A model generated the notes under the pieces. It did not search any database. It saw only the letters and a program-made list of their open reading frames with translations, and was not told the DNA's origin. From NCBI GenBank assembly GCA_963663765.2, contig CAXXUA010000015.1:384001-448000 (forward strand): 64,000 nucleotides of DNA, given 5' to 3'. The position numbers were made by a program, and so were the translations under genes. How positions within the stretch are numbered: the first letter of the stretch is position 1; every line of letters begins with the position of its first letter. The stretch is from Candidatus Poribacteria bacterium. Lineage in GTDB: Bacteria > Poribacteria > WGA-4E > WGA-3G. This document shows positions 10,606-19,841 of this stretch, one piece after another.

Positions 10606-10930
10606 CTGCAGCAAAGAAAGTTTCTGTTTTGGGCGTTGTGTCTTGATTTGGCAACTAACATAAGCGATGAACCAATTTCTTATCAACACATGTTTGAAAA
10701 AAACTGTCCAAACTATAGTATAGTACTATGCAGCAACTTAGGTTAATGTAAGTGTCTTCTCCATGAAATCCGTTGATTATTTTATTGTATCTAAGTACAG
10801 ATTGAAAGCGTTTTATTATTGGTAAGGTTTACACTCGCTACATTGATCTGTAATTACAGTAATTAGAACTTCATCCCATTATCTGTTAAATTCAACTAAT
10901 ACATCATTGAACCTACATAAAAGATAAAAA

Positions 10931-12799
10931 ATGCCTTCAATTGAAAGATTGACACAGAAACTAATAGATACATCACAACCTGTTGCAACCCGTAGAGCTG
11001 CAATCATAGAAATTGCTGAAATTGGGGGAGAACAAGTCCTTCCTTTTCTATTGAATGCATTGCGGGATAATGCACCTGGTGTAAGACGTGAAGCTGCGCA
11101 CGCATTGCAGCAATTCACACTGCATGAAGTATCCTCAGCATTAATGGAGGCTATAAATACTGAAGAAAACGATTTAACACTCTGGACTCTGATTGAGGTA
11201 ATTGGTAACATTGGAACTTCAGAAGTTCTTCTACCACTAAATGAACTTTTAGACAGAACACTTTCACCTTTGACCCGACGTGAAATACAAAAGAGCATTG
11301 ACCAGATAAATGTTAGACTCACAGAATCCGATGAGGACGTTGAACATGATCAGAATTTTACAAATGATAGTGATGTTGATCAAGTCAAAAAGCGAGTATC
11401 CGAATCGGAACAACAGCAATCTGAAATAAACCAAGAGAACAATGATGTCATTGTTGAAGATGATGATAATTCTGAAGACTTGGAACAAATAACTGAAATT
11501 TCAGTTGAGGATGCTGATGACAAAAATGTTGAGAATGAAAGTAACACCGATGAAATTGAAGTGTCAGTTCTTGAAGCAAGTGATGAGCAAGAACAGGTAT
11601 CTGTAACGTCAAATACAGAAGAATCTAAAGACACTGCAGTTCATATTAATAAATCTGATAAATCAAATGATAAAACAGACACCACAGATAACTTAGCATC
11701 TAATATTGGTGCAATTCAGATTGTTGGTACATCCCCTGCGTTGCCAGTACTCGTACCTAATACTTCAGTTGTAATATATGAACAGGAAGATAGGCATTAT
11801 AAGCCGAGTATTTTTGCATTGGTGTTGCGTCCTAATGCATATTTATCAAGAAGATGGGTTTCACGTACTCGACTATTTCTTGTATTGTTATGTCTATTGC
11901 TAGGTGCAACAGTTACCTTAGTTTATTCTCAAGTACAACGCATGCCCCGTTCTCCCTATTTTCAAGCGTTTGATAGCGATTTTATCAGCGATCCTCAATT
12001 ATATCTTGCTGAGGCGAGTTTCTCATTACAACAAACAGATTTTCGTAGTGCTATTGAAAAGTTTGAGCTTGTAAGGAGTAATAATACGATTGAATCTAAA
12101 TTTTTCAGGGAATTAGGGTATGCCTATTTTCAGGAAAAACAATATGCTTCAGCAGTTGAAGCGTATGAGTATTATTTACAGACTCGAACAATTAACGCAT
12201 ATCAGCCATTTGTAGCAGAAGCATCAATTCCAAATGTTGGCAGTGCGTCTGAATTTAGTCGTTCTTCGGATTATACGACATATAACATCATTGGAACAAT
12301 ATATAAGAAGTTGGGACAGTACCATAAAGCGCGAAATACCTTTGAAACTGCAATCACTATTGAACCCAAGGAAGCGGAAGCATATAATAATCTCGCTCAA
12401 CTCTATATTGAAAACTATCAACAAAAGAATCTATTAGCAGAAGCACTTACATATACATCAGTTGGACTTCGACCTCAATCAGCAACATATCATGATACCA
12501 TGGGTTGGATCGCAAGTAAACGTGGACGTATAAACAAAGCTACTAACGCTTTAGAGCATGCAATCCGATTGCAAAGTGATTTTGTGCCGGCACATTATCA
12601 CTTATCAGAGATAGATAATAAAACAAGAAATCCACAAGAATCTGTAGAATCTTTTCAATACAAACACATTAATAAGTTGATACAAAGAAATAGTCCAAAA
12701 CCGGGGATATTGGGTCTACTGTCATATATGTATGATAAAGATGTACAAAAACTTCCAAGATTATTCACTTCAATGCTGGAGCATAGGGGATTAAAATAG
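10931..12799 (+). CDS. HEAT-repeat / acidic linker / TM / TPR-repeat membrane protein
   Basis: N-terminal PBS-lyase HEAT repeats (VRREAAHAL), D/E-rich linker, one TM (LFLVLLCLLLGATVTLVY), C-terminal TPRs (AEAYNNLAQLY, YHDTMGW). Confidence 0.8.
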   Translation: MPSIERLTQKLIDTSQPVATRRAAIIEIAEIGGEQVLPFLLNALRDNAPGVRREAAHALQQFTLHEVSSALMEAINTEENDLTLWTLIEVIGNIGTSEVLLPLNELLDRTLSPLTRREIQKSIDQINVRLTESDEDVEHDQNFTNDSDVDQVKKRVSESEQQQSEINQENNDVIVEDDDNSEDLEQITEISVEDADDKNVENESNTDEIEVSVLEASDEQEQVSVTSNTEESKDTAVHINKSDKSNDKTDTTDNLASNIGAIQIVGTSPALPVLVPNTSVVIYEQEDRHYKPSIFALVLRPNAYLSRRWVSRTRLFLVLLCLLLGATVTLVYSQVQRMPRSPYFQAFDSDFISDPQLYLAEASFSLQQTDFRSAIEKFELVRSNNTIESKFFRELGYAYFQEKQYASAVEAYEYYLQTRTINAYQPFVAEASIPNVGSASEFSRSSDYTTYNIIGTIYKKLGQYHKARNTFETAITIEPKEAEAYNNLAQLYIENYQQKNLLAEALTYTSVGLRPQSATYHDTMGWIASKRGRINKATNALEHAIRLQSDFVPAHYHLSEIDNKTRNPQESVESFQYKHINKLIQRNSPKPGILGLLSYMYDKDVQKLPRLFTSMLEHRGLK

Positions 12800-12830
12800 A
12801 TAGTATTATCTACTATATGTCTTACAAAAG

Positions 12831-12881
12831 GTAAGAGGGTTTTTTATCCCCGATTTACCAGACACGCGAACCGGTGAATTT
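12831..12881 (+). repeat. REP-C family element (degenerate), downstream of the HEAT/TPR gene
   Basis: GTAAGAGGGTTTTTTATCCCCGATTTACCAGACA...GTGAATTT; homologous copies at 16109-16159 (inverted) and 32537-32587. Confidence 0.7.
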
Positions 12882-12937
12882 GGGAAAATTCGAATCTGTA
12901 AGATACGCTGTAAAATGTTGTAGAATTCAAAGTGCCT

Positions 12938-13138
12938 CAGGACTTACGCACCCAACGGTAGGCGGGGAATGCCTAAATGGCATTCATACCGTTGATTTGG
13001 CGCTTTGTAGGCGGGGAATGCCAAAAGGCATTCATACCGTTGATTTCTTGATTTGGCGCTGGAAACCGAAAAAATGCTGAAAATCACACCATTTTCGTCA
13101 TAATTCTTCATCAAATCATGAAAACTGCGTAAGTCCTG
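12938..13138. mobile_element. MITE (CAGGACTTACGCA ends) carrying two REP-B hairpins
   Basis: Perfect 13-bp TIR; flanks GTGCCT/GTACCT; cargo GTAGGCGGGGAATGCC-N5-GGCATTCATACCG x2. Confidence 0.8.
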
Positions 13139-13229
13139 GTACCTATAATAATCTTTTGCTACAATTTTTGCTACAATTTAGGTATTTAGATATACTACAA
13201 GAAAATTGGAAATATGGAGGATTGCAATT

Positions 13230-13446
13230 ATGACAAACATTAAAGTGTATCCAATATTTATATTTGCAGCTATGATGTTGATTGTATCAGTGAATCAAGT
13301 ATTAGCATTAGATGAATTCGTGCCTATCGACTTGGAACCCTACTCAAATACAAAGTTGGTTGGTCACGTGTGTGGACATTAGATGCTGGTGACAATACCT
13401 ACTCTCTGTTTTTATAGACGAATTCGCTGAATTCGAGGGTCCTGAC
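13230..13446 (+). pseudogene. Truncated, frameshifted gene for a secreted protein
   Basis: GGAGG RBS, signal peptide MTNIKVYPIFIFAAMMLIVSVNQVLA, then DEFVPIDLEPYSNTKLVGH and a stop. Protein-like sequence continues in other frames (WTLDAGDNTYS, DEFAEFEGPD). Confidence 0.45.
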
Positions 13447-13453
13447 AGATTTG

Positions 13454-13488
13454 AATAACGTCAAATATAACCTATATTTGACGTTATT
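13454..13488. other. Perfect 16-bp inverted repeat (terminator or operator) upstream of the groEL promoter
   Basis: AATAACGTCAAATATA-ACC-TATATTTGACGTTATT followed by T-rich sequence. Confidence 0.6.
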
Positions 13489-13538
13489 TTTGTGTACATG
13501 TTATGAATGTATTTGATACCAGAAAACATTGAAAAAAG

Positions 13539-13567
13539 TTGACTTCCTCACCTATGTATGCTATAAT
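13539..13567 (+). promoter_or_regulatory. sigma70 promoter of groEL
   Basis: TTGACT-17 bp-TATAAT with TGn extended -10; AGGAGG RBS before 13625. Confidence 0.8.
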
Positions 13568-13624
13568 TTTATATAAGATTTTTTTTTATTAAAGTCTCTA
13601 ATAGATATTTTTAGGAGGAATTTA

Positions 13625-15253
13625 ATGCCCGCAAAGCAATTAATTTTTAATGAAGAAGCAAGGGTTGCACTCAAACGTGGTGCTGACGTTCTTGCAAATG
13701 CTGTTAAGGTAACTCTCGGTCCACGTGGACGTAATGTGGTTATACAAAAATCTTTTGGTGCGCCGATCGTTACATGTGATGGTGTCACCGTTGCGAAAGA
13801 GATTGAACTTGAAGACCCTTACGAGAATATGGGAGCACAATTGCTGGAGTCCATTGCAACAAAAACAAATGATGTCGCAGGAGACGGGACCACCACTGCC
13901 ACTTTGTTAGGTCAAGAAATCTTACATGAAGGTCTAAAAAATGTAACTGCTGGTGCAGACCCCATGCAGTTGAAAATTGGAATAGATAAGGCTGTTGTCG
14001 CTGCTGTAGATGCAATTACTGCACAAAGCCGTGATGTTAACACCTATGAAGAGATTGTCCAAGTTGCATCAATCGCTGCCAACGATCCTGCAAATAACAG
14101 CAATATTGGTACACTCATCGCAGATGCAATCGAAAAAGTTGGGAATGACGGTGCTATTACTATAGAAGAGGGTAAAACATCGGAGACGACTGTTGACATT
14201 GTGAAAGGAATGCAGTTTGACAGAGGTTTTTTGTCGCCTAACTTTGTTACTAACTTAAAAGACCAGACCGTAGAACTTGAGAATCCATACATTCTAATCA
14301 ATACTGGTAAAATATCTACGGTTGTTGACTTAGTGCCAATATTGGAAAAGGTGATGCAGCTGAGTCGTCCCTTACTGATTATTGCTGAAGATGTTGAAGG
14401 TGAAGCTTTGTCAACTTTAGTAGTTAACAAGTTGAGAGGGAACATGCAAGTTGCAGCCATTAAAGCACCTGGATTTGGTGATAGACGAAAAGAAATGTTA
14501 GAAGATTTAGCAATATTGACTGCAGGACAAGTAATTTCTGAAGATACTGGTATTCGTTTAGAAAACATTGTTGTAGGTATGTTAGGTACTGCGCGTAGTG
14601 TACTTATTGATAAAGATACTACAACCATTGTGGGTGGTTTTGGTGCAAAAGAAAGTATTGAAGGGAGAGTCGTACAGATACGTAGACAGATTGAAGAAAC
14701 TACATCGGAATATGATAGAGAAAAACTTGAAGAACGTCTTGCGAAACTTGCAGGTGGTGTTGCTGTTGTCAATGTAGGTGCTGCAACCGAAATCGAAATG
14801 AAAGAAAAAAAAGCAAGATGTGAAGATGCGCTTGCTGCAACGCGTGCTGCCGTAGAAGAAGGGATAGTTCCTGGTGGAGGTATAGCGATGCTGCGTGCTA
14901 TCTCAATAATTGCGGAACTTGAATTAAAAGGAGACCAAAATACAGGTCGCAATATTGTTCAGGAAGCATTACGTTCTCCAGTTCGCGCTATTGCACAGAA
15001 TGCTGGTTTAGAAGGTGCAGTAGTACTTGCAAAAGTTGAAAATGCCGAAGCCAATTATGGATTCAACGCTGCATTAGAAGAATATGGTGATATGCTTGAA
15101 TTTGGAGTGATTGATCCAACTAAGGTTGTTCGGTCTGCGTTACAGAACGCTTCCAGCATTGCTGGCTTACTATTGACAACCGAAACATTAATCACAGAAG
15201 TTGAGGAACAGGTAGATTTTCCTGATGCTGACATGCATGATGACTATATGTAG
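13625..15253 (+). CDS. groEL: Chaperonin GroEL (no adjacent groES)
   Basis: [59 protein letters not shown]. Confidence 0.97.
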   Translation: MPAKQLIFNEEARVALKRGADVLANAVKVTLGPRGRNVVIQKSFGAPIVTCDGVTVAKEIELEDPYENMGAQLLESIATKTNDVAGDGTTTATLLGQEILHEGLKNVTAGADPMQLKIGIDKAVVAAVDAITAQSRDVNTYEEIVQVASIAANDPANNSNIGTLIADAIEKVGNDGAITIEEGKTSETTVDIVKGMQFDRGFLSPNFVTNLKDQTVELENPYILINTGKISTVVDLVPILEKVMQLSRPLLIIAEDVEGEALSTLVVNKLRGNMQVAAIKAPGFGDRRKEMLEDLAILTAGQVISEDTGIRLENIVVGMLGTARSVLIDKDTTTIVGGFGAKESIEGRVVQIRRQIEETTSEYDREKLEERLAKLAGGVAVVNVGAATEIEMKEKKARCEDALAATRAAVEEGIVPGGGIAMLRAISIIAELELKGDQNTGRNIVQEALRSPVRAIAQNAGLEGAVVLAKVENAEANYGFNAALEEYGDMLEFGVIDPTKVVRSALQNASSIAGLLLTTETLITEVEEQVDFPDADMHDDYM

Positions 15254-15268
15254 TTGTAATGTTACCAA

Positions 15269-15390
15269 CAGGACTTACGCACCCAAGGGTCGGCGTGTTT
15301 TGTAAGCGCGCCGGAAACCGAAAAAATGCTGAAAATTACACCATTTTCGTCATAATTCTTCATCAAATCATGAAAACTGCGTAAGTCCTG
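15269..15390. mobile_element. MITE (CAGGACTTACGCA ends) carrying one REP-A hairpin
   Basis: Perfect TIR, exact 5-bp TSD ACCAA; cargo GTCGGCGTGTTTTGTAAGCGCGCC. Confidence 0.85.
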
Positions 15391-15453
15391 ACCAATACAA
15401 AAAAAGGTCTAATTATAAAGAACTTAGGTGTTGTTTCTCGCTTATTAACTCAC

Positions 15454-15921
15454 CTAAGTTCTGTAACGTGCTACCATCCCGCTATCCCAATCACAATCTA
15501 AGCAGAACATATCGGAAGCACTCAAGTACTGAATCTTTTTACTGCCACATGTAGGACATTCTGAAACATTATTATTTATATTTTTTTCTTCAGACTGTTG
15601 AAAAATGTTGAGATGGTATATCTTCATGGTACCTGAGTAGCGATGACCAAGTGGACACCGAATTAAATTTGAATTTTCCTTCTCAAAGCGATCAATTAAT
15701 TCGCGGAGAAACTTTAGCGGATGTCTACAGATCGGACATGGGTTTGGTATCAGTTCTTTCACAACGATTATATCTGTATCCTCAGAACGTACAGAGATAG
15801 GCAATGAAAGATGGTGCTCAAGTCTTTGTGAATCAGAAAGTTGGGTTTCAATGTTTTCAAGGTGTTCTGATGTTACAATAGCAAAATTATCTGGACTTAA
15901 TACCACCGCTGTTGGAACCAT
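15454..15921 (-). CDS. Hypothetical protein with Zn-ribbon motifs
   Basis: CPICRH, CPLGH, CPTCGS...CLDCDW. Confidence 0.6.
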   Translation of the reverse strand: MVPTAVVLSPDNFAIVTSEHLENIETQLSDSQRLEHHLSLPISVRSEDTDIIVVKELIPNPCPICRHPLKFLRELIDRFEKENSNLIRCPLGHRYSGTMKIYHLNIFQQSEEKNINNNVSECPTCGSKKIQYLSASDMFCLDCDWDSGMVARYRT

Positions 15922-16108
15922 TGTTCCACCCTTTAAACTGGAGATAAGTCTATATATACGTTCTATAATGATTCATTCCTCCGTTATCAAAAGAGTCTAA
16001 GGAAGTTCCAAATTAATAGAGAAAACTTATCTATGTTTGTAGAAGAGTCTACATTTGGCTATTTTCATTGATGCTTGTATAGCGTATCGCATAAATGCGA
16101 TTCTGTTC

Positions 16109-16159
16109 AAATTCACAGGATCGCTTGTCTGGTAAATCGGGGTTAGAAACCCCTCCTAC
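16109..16159 (-). repeat. REP-C family element
   Basis: Reverse complement GTAGGAGGGGTTTCTAACCCCGATTTACCAGACA...GTGAATTT. Confidence 0.75.
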
Positions 16160-16187
16160 CTTTTATGAGATAGGTTGAAGTAGTTAC

Positions 16188-16553
16188 TCAATTTACATTC
16201 GGTTCAGCAGACAATAGGTCTTCACGAGTTATTGCTAATTGTGAACTACTACGTTTTGTACGATAAACATCATCTGGTTGATTTCGTAAGATAATTATAT
16301 CATCGCCATCACGTTCAATAGCATCACCTGACATCAACATGCTTTCAATTTTTCTCATGCTTGTAATGAAATTAATTGTAACTTTACCGGTATCAAGAAT
16401 ATTTATTCGCCACCCATTGCTTGTTTTCACTCGGTTGAATCGCTGTGTAATATCAATAGATTGTAACTGATTGATGTTAAAGATGACACCACTTTCAGGT
16501 GTTTCAGTGCTTGAATCTTCGACCTCTTGGTTCATTCCATTTTCCTCTGCCAT
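16188..16553 (-). CDS. Hypothetical protein
   Basis: 121-aa ORF with AGGAG RBS; no recognised motif. Confidence 0.65.
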   Translation of the reverse strand: MAEENGMNQEVEDSSTETPESGVIFNINQLQSIDITQRFNRVKTSNGWRINILDTGKVTINFITSMRKIESMLMSGDAIERDGDDIIILRNQPDDVYRTKRSSSQLAITREDLLSAEPNVN

Positions 16554-16676
16554 TGAATGTCTCCTAAAAATAAATTTATAATGCTGATATAATTCTACCT
16601 AATAGTCTATATGTTTGTCAACCAATTTTTGATTATACAACAGTACCTTTTCACCAAAGTAAAAATTCCTTAATGG

Positions 16677-17330
16677 TTAAATGCTGCGTTCTATTGACCA
16701 GTGTCTATCTGTACTTTGAACAACCACCGCTCCATTCATATCTGTTTGATTTAACATCTCCTTCACCTCTTCAATTGTAAAGGATGCAAGAAAAGAATCA
16801 TAATAGAGTTTCTGTTGGTAAGGTGTATCTTCTGCGGCATAGATGTCAACAAATCTTTGCGCATCATCAGTAGTTTCTGGTCGGATCAGATCGCGAATTA
16901 ATATGACACCTTTTGGTTTCAAAACTCTTCCCATTTCTTTAAGTGCAGTTAATGCATCGTGTATATGATGTACAATACTGTTTGAAATAATTCCATCAAA
17001 ACAGTTGTCAACATAAGGCAGTTCTTTCGCATCAATACATTCAAGACTTATCTGTTTGGAAAGATCAGAATCTATTACATGTTGTTCGGCAATTTTTAAC
17101 ATCTCTTCAGAAAGGTCAATTGCTGTAATATTAAGATTTGGACACCGCTTAGCAAGTAGGATAGGGATTTGCGCAGGTCCTGTACCAACATCAATAAAAT
17201 GGCCACTTCTTGCACCGAGATCTATTACTCGATTTACAAATGCGTCATCAACTTCTCCATGTTCCATTGCATCATAAGCCTCGGCGGCTTCTGCAGTATC
17301 CATGACTTCAGGTTCTACAATTCTATACAT
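16677..17330 (-). CDS. Class I SAM-dependent methyltransferase
   Basis: IDVGTGPA, AIDLSEEML, DAKELPY, SNSIVHH, RVLKPKG. Confidence 0.9.
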   Translation of the reverse strand: MYRIVEPEVMDTAEAAEAYDAMEHGEVDDAFVNRVIDLGARSGHFIDVGTGPAQIPILLAKRCPNLNITAIDLSEEMLKIAEQHVIDSDLSKQISLECIDAKELPYVDNCFDGIISNSIVHHIHDALTALKEMGRVLKPKGVILIRDLIRPETTDDAQRFVDIYAAEDTPYQQKLYYDSFLASFTIEEVKEMLNQTDMNGAVVVQSTDRHWSIERSI

Positions 17331-17556
17331 CTATATTTCCTGTGTGTCAACTTCGGTTGTTTTCTTTCGTTCCATTCACCAAAATACATTAGATTTTTGT
17401 TAGTGATTTCAGACAATAAAATAATACTTTTGTATAACTGATAACTGAATATGGCAAATGATTATATATACCAATATTCAATTTGTCAATTGAAAAATTA
17501 GTTGTTGTCTTATTTACATTATTCAGATATACTGAAGCATAAAACGGAGTAAAAAG

Positions 17557-18135
17557 ATGAAAAAAAAGAAAATCATCCAAAAGATTTCATGCGACTTTTT
17601 GATCATTTCACTATGTATATTCATTTCAGCAATTTTCACTTCTTGTGTTGAAGAAAAACAGATTTCAGATGCAGTGCAGCAAACTGAAAAAGATGACACC
17701 GAACAAAACACTGATGAACCAATTGTCAAGCTCCCAGGTTTACCTGATGACGTTGCAGGATATGAACAGTGGTTGAAATTAAATACAGACCCCATTCCAC
17801 CAGTTGTTGGTACAGATCCACATAACGGAACGAAAAACGTCTATGTCAACAAAAAGCGTGATGATATAGCACCTGACGGTGAACAACAATTCCCATACCC
17901 AGATGGGAGCATAGTTGTTAAGGACGCAACACGTCCCGATAAGGATTATATCGGTCTAATTGCAATAATGAGAAAAAAGGCTGGTAGTGATCCTGATCAC
18001 AATGATTGGGAATTCATAGAGTACACCAGAAACGATCCAGAAGACGATTTTGCAGTTATTGCTTCCGGACGTATATGTTGGGGATGTCATGTCCGTGCTG
18101 AAGATACAGACTATGTTTTTACGGAATTGGAATAA
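17557..18135 (+). CDS. Cytochrome P460-family lipoprotein
   Basis: Lipobox FTSC; YPDGSIVVKD strand with Lys at the P460 cross-link position; DWEF; C-terminal CWGCH...DYVFT. Confidence 0.8.
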   Translation: MKKKKIIQKISCDFLIISLCIFISAIFTSCVEEKQISDAVQQTEKDDTEQNTDEPIVKLPGLPDDVAGYEQWLKLNTDPIPPVVGTDPHNGTKNVYVNKKRDDIAPDGEQQFPYPDGSIVVKDATRPDKDYIGLIAIMRKKAGSDPDHNDWEFIEYTRNDPEDDFAVIASGRICWGCHVRAEDTDYVFTELE

Positions 18136-18206
18136 TGCTGACGAAATCATATTGATAAATCTGGTAACATCAACTCATCCTATTTTCATCAGAAAGGAGA
18201 ATCCTA

Positions 18207-19412
18207 TTGAATATAAATCAAATGATTAGACCAAAGATACTTCATAAACAGACTTTCTTACGTAAGTACATACCAGTTTTTTTTATTTTTATTTTCGTAT
18301 GCGTGAATTTATGCTTAAATTCTGTTGAATCACTTCCCGAATTCGCGGCTGAATTAGAAAAAGATTGTAACTTCTGCCATATTGACCCAGCAGGGGGCGG
18401 TCCACGCAATCGAATAGGTGAAATATTTGAGGAGAATTATTTTGAGTTCCCTAAAGATTTTGATATGAATGCAGTTTCTGAAGAAACTCAAGAAATGATA
18501 AAACAACTTTCTACATCTCTTGATTTGCAAACCGCGTTTATCAAAAATATACATTCAGATAGTGAAGAAGGAGCAGTAGCAGGATGCAACTCATGTCATT
18601 CCTCTGTTGACAGTTTTCTCTTAATGCAAGCTGAGGTAACATTCAATGCACAAGCTTCAGATCATGTGCGTTTAACCCTGTCTAACAACTTAGGTACTAC
18701 TCTTAATGCGTTTGCGACAGTAGATGTCATTCCAAATAAGCTATATTCAAAGGTAGGAAAATTCCGTTTACCATTTGGTATAAAACAGAAGGATCATAAT
18801 ATTCTTTTACGAGAAGGTTTTGGACTTGGATCTAATAAAAGACACGTCGGAGTAGAGTTTGGTGGCAGTTCTGGAAAATTATTTTATAATGCAGTCTATT
18901 TCAATTCCCAAAATGCTACAGCTAACGGGTTGCTTGGGACTCTTGGAGGACAACTTGGACCTATACGTGCTGGTATTTCATGTAAATACGAAAAACCCAG
19001 TGATGAATGGGACCGTCTTTTTGCTACTTTTGCTACTCTGTCATACGCTGGATTGACTTTAGAAGGTGAATTCAATTTTGGAAACAATGGGAATGTAGGT
19101 TCCTTTAATGTAGATGATGTAGATTCAAAAGGTTACTACTTCGGAGCAAAGTATAGAATCCTACCACAACTAACTGTCGCTGGTCGATATGGTTTATTTG
19201 ATCCTGATAGAAATGTCTTGGGGGATGCGGGAAGAAGATTAACTTTTATAGCAAAATATAATTTTATGGAGAACGGGGCAATTTCGCTGTTTTATTGGGC
19301 AAATATTCCAAACGATAACCGTAAACCTGATGAAGAAATCAGTAATAACGGGTTGTTAAGACAACTCAAAGGTATAAATCAAGTAATCCTAATGTCGCAT
19401 TTCTGGTTTTAG
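18207..19412 (+). CDS. Putative di-heme c outer-membrane beta-barrel (cytochrome-porin)
   Basis: Signal-like segment; LPEFAAELEKDCNFCH and CNSCH; porin-like KVGKFRLPFG and amphipathic strands; terminal aromatic (HFWF). Confidence 0.65.
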   Translation: MNINQMIRPKILHKQTFLRKYIPVFFIFIFVCVNLCLNSVESLPEFAAELEKDCNFCHIDPAGGGPRNRIGEIFEENYFEFPKDFDMNAVSEETQEMIKQLSTSLDLQTAFIKNIHSDSEEGAVAGCNSCHSSVDSFLLMQAEVTFNAQASDHVRLTLSNNLGTTLNAFATVDVIPNKLYSKVGKFRLPFGIKQKDHNILLREGFGLGSNKRHVGVEFGGSSGKLFYNAVYFNSQNATANGLLGTLGGQLGPIRAGISCKYEKPSDEWDRLFATFATLSYAGLTLEGEFNFGNNGNVGSFNVDDVDSKGYYFGAKYRILPQLTVAGRYGLFDPDRNVLGDAGRRLTFIAKYNFMENGAISLFYWANIPNDNRKPDEEISNNGLLRQLKGINQVILMSHFWF

Positions 19413-19631
19413 ATTGTATAAGAAATTGACAATGAAGACAAATTGTGTGTTTATTTTAACACATGCTTACCTAATTTCACAATATCTTCATAATCTTGAT
19501 TATCATGTATTAACCTATGTATGTGATATAAAACACTAAAAAACTGTTTGAGTAAAAGTAAATCCATTTTATCAAGTCGAATGCTATATGCTGGTATTCG
19601 ACTTTTTTCATAAGTATACGTATTTATAGAG

Positions 19632-19662
19632 TGTCTCAATATGAAATGAATGTCTCAATATG
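19632..19662 (+). promoter_or_regulatory. Candidate enhancer (bEBP) sites
   Basis: Direct repeat TGTCTCAATATG at 19632 and 19651, about 105-135 bp upstream of the sigma54 site. Confidence 0.45.
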
Positions 19663-19766
19663 GCATTCTTATTGAATGAGTTTCAATGTTATTAGACATA
19701 AATAATATTCTAAGAAAAGTTTCTTTTAGATTAAAAATGATAAATATCCTAAACCCAATGATAAAT

Positions 19767-19782
19767 TGGCACGAAAATTGCT
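19767..19782 (+). promoter_or_regulatory. sigma54 (-24/-12) promoter
   Basis: TGGCACG-AAAA-TTGCT, exact match to TGGCACG-N4-TTGCW. Confidence 0.75.
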
Positions 19783-19841
19783 TCATACTTAAAAACAAAC
19801 ATTAATGAAGATTTGATACAAAAACGGTAGGAGGATTGAAA

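Larger units (their letters stand above)
9597..10744. mobile_element. Middle MITE-like layer with target-site duplication
   Basis: Perfect TIR AACCTAAGTTGCT/AGCAACTTAGGTT flanked by direct repeat AATGT (9592-9596, 10745-10749). Confidence 0.7.
9519..10771. mobile_element. Outer MITE-like layer of the nested element
   Basis: GGATTTCTCGGAGAAGAC (9519-9536) vs GTCTTCTCCATGAAATCC (10754-10771), 16/18 inverted match. Confidence 0.5.

Noticed and set aside
14044-14952. 302-aa antisense ORF
   Set aside because: Shadow ORF on the strand opposite groEL.
12938-15390. Composite transposon carrying groEL
   Set aside because: Each MITE has its own flanking duplication, indicating independent insertions.
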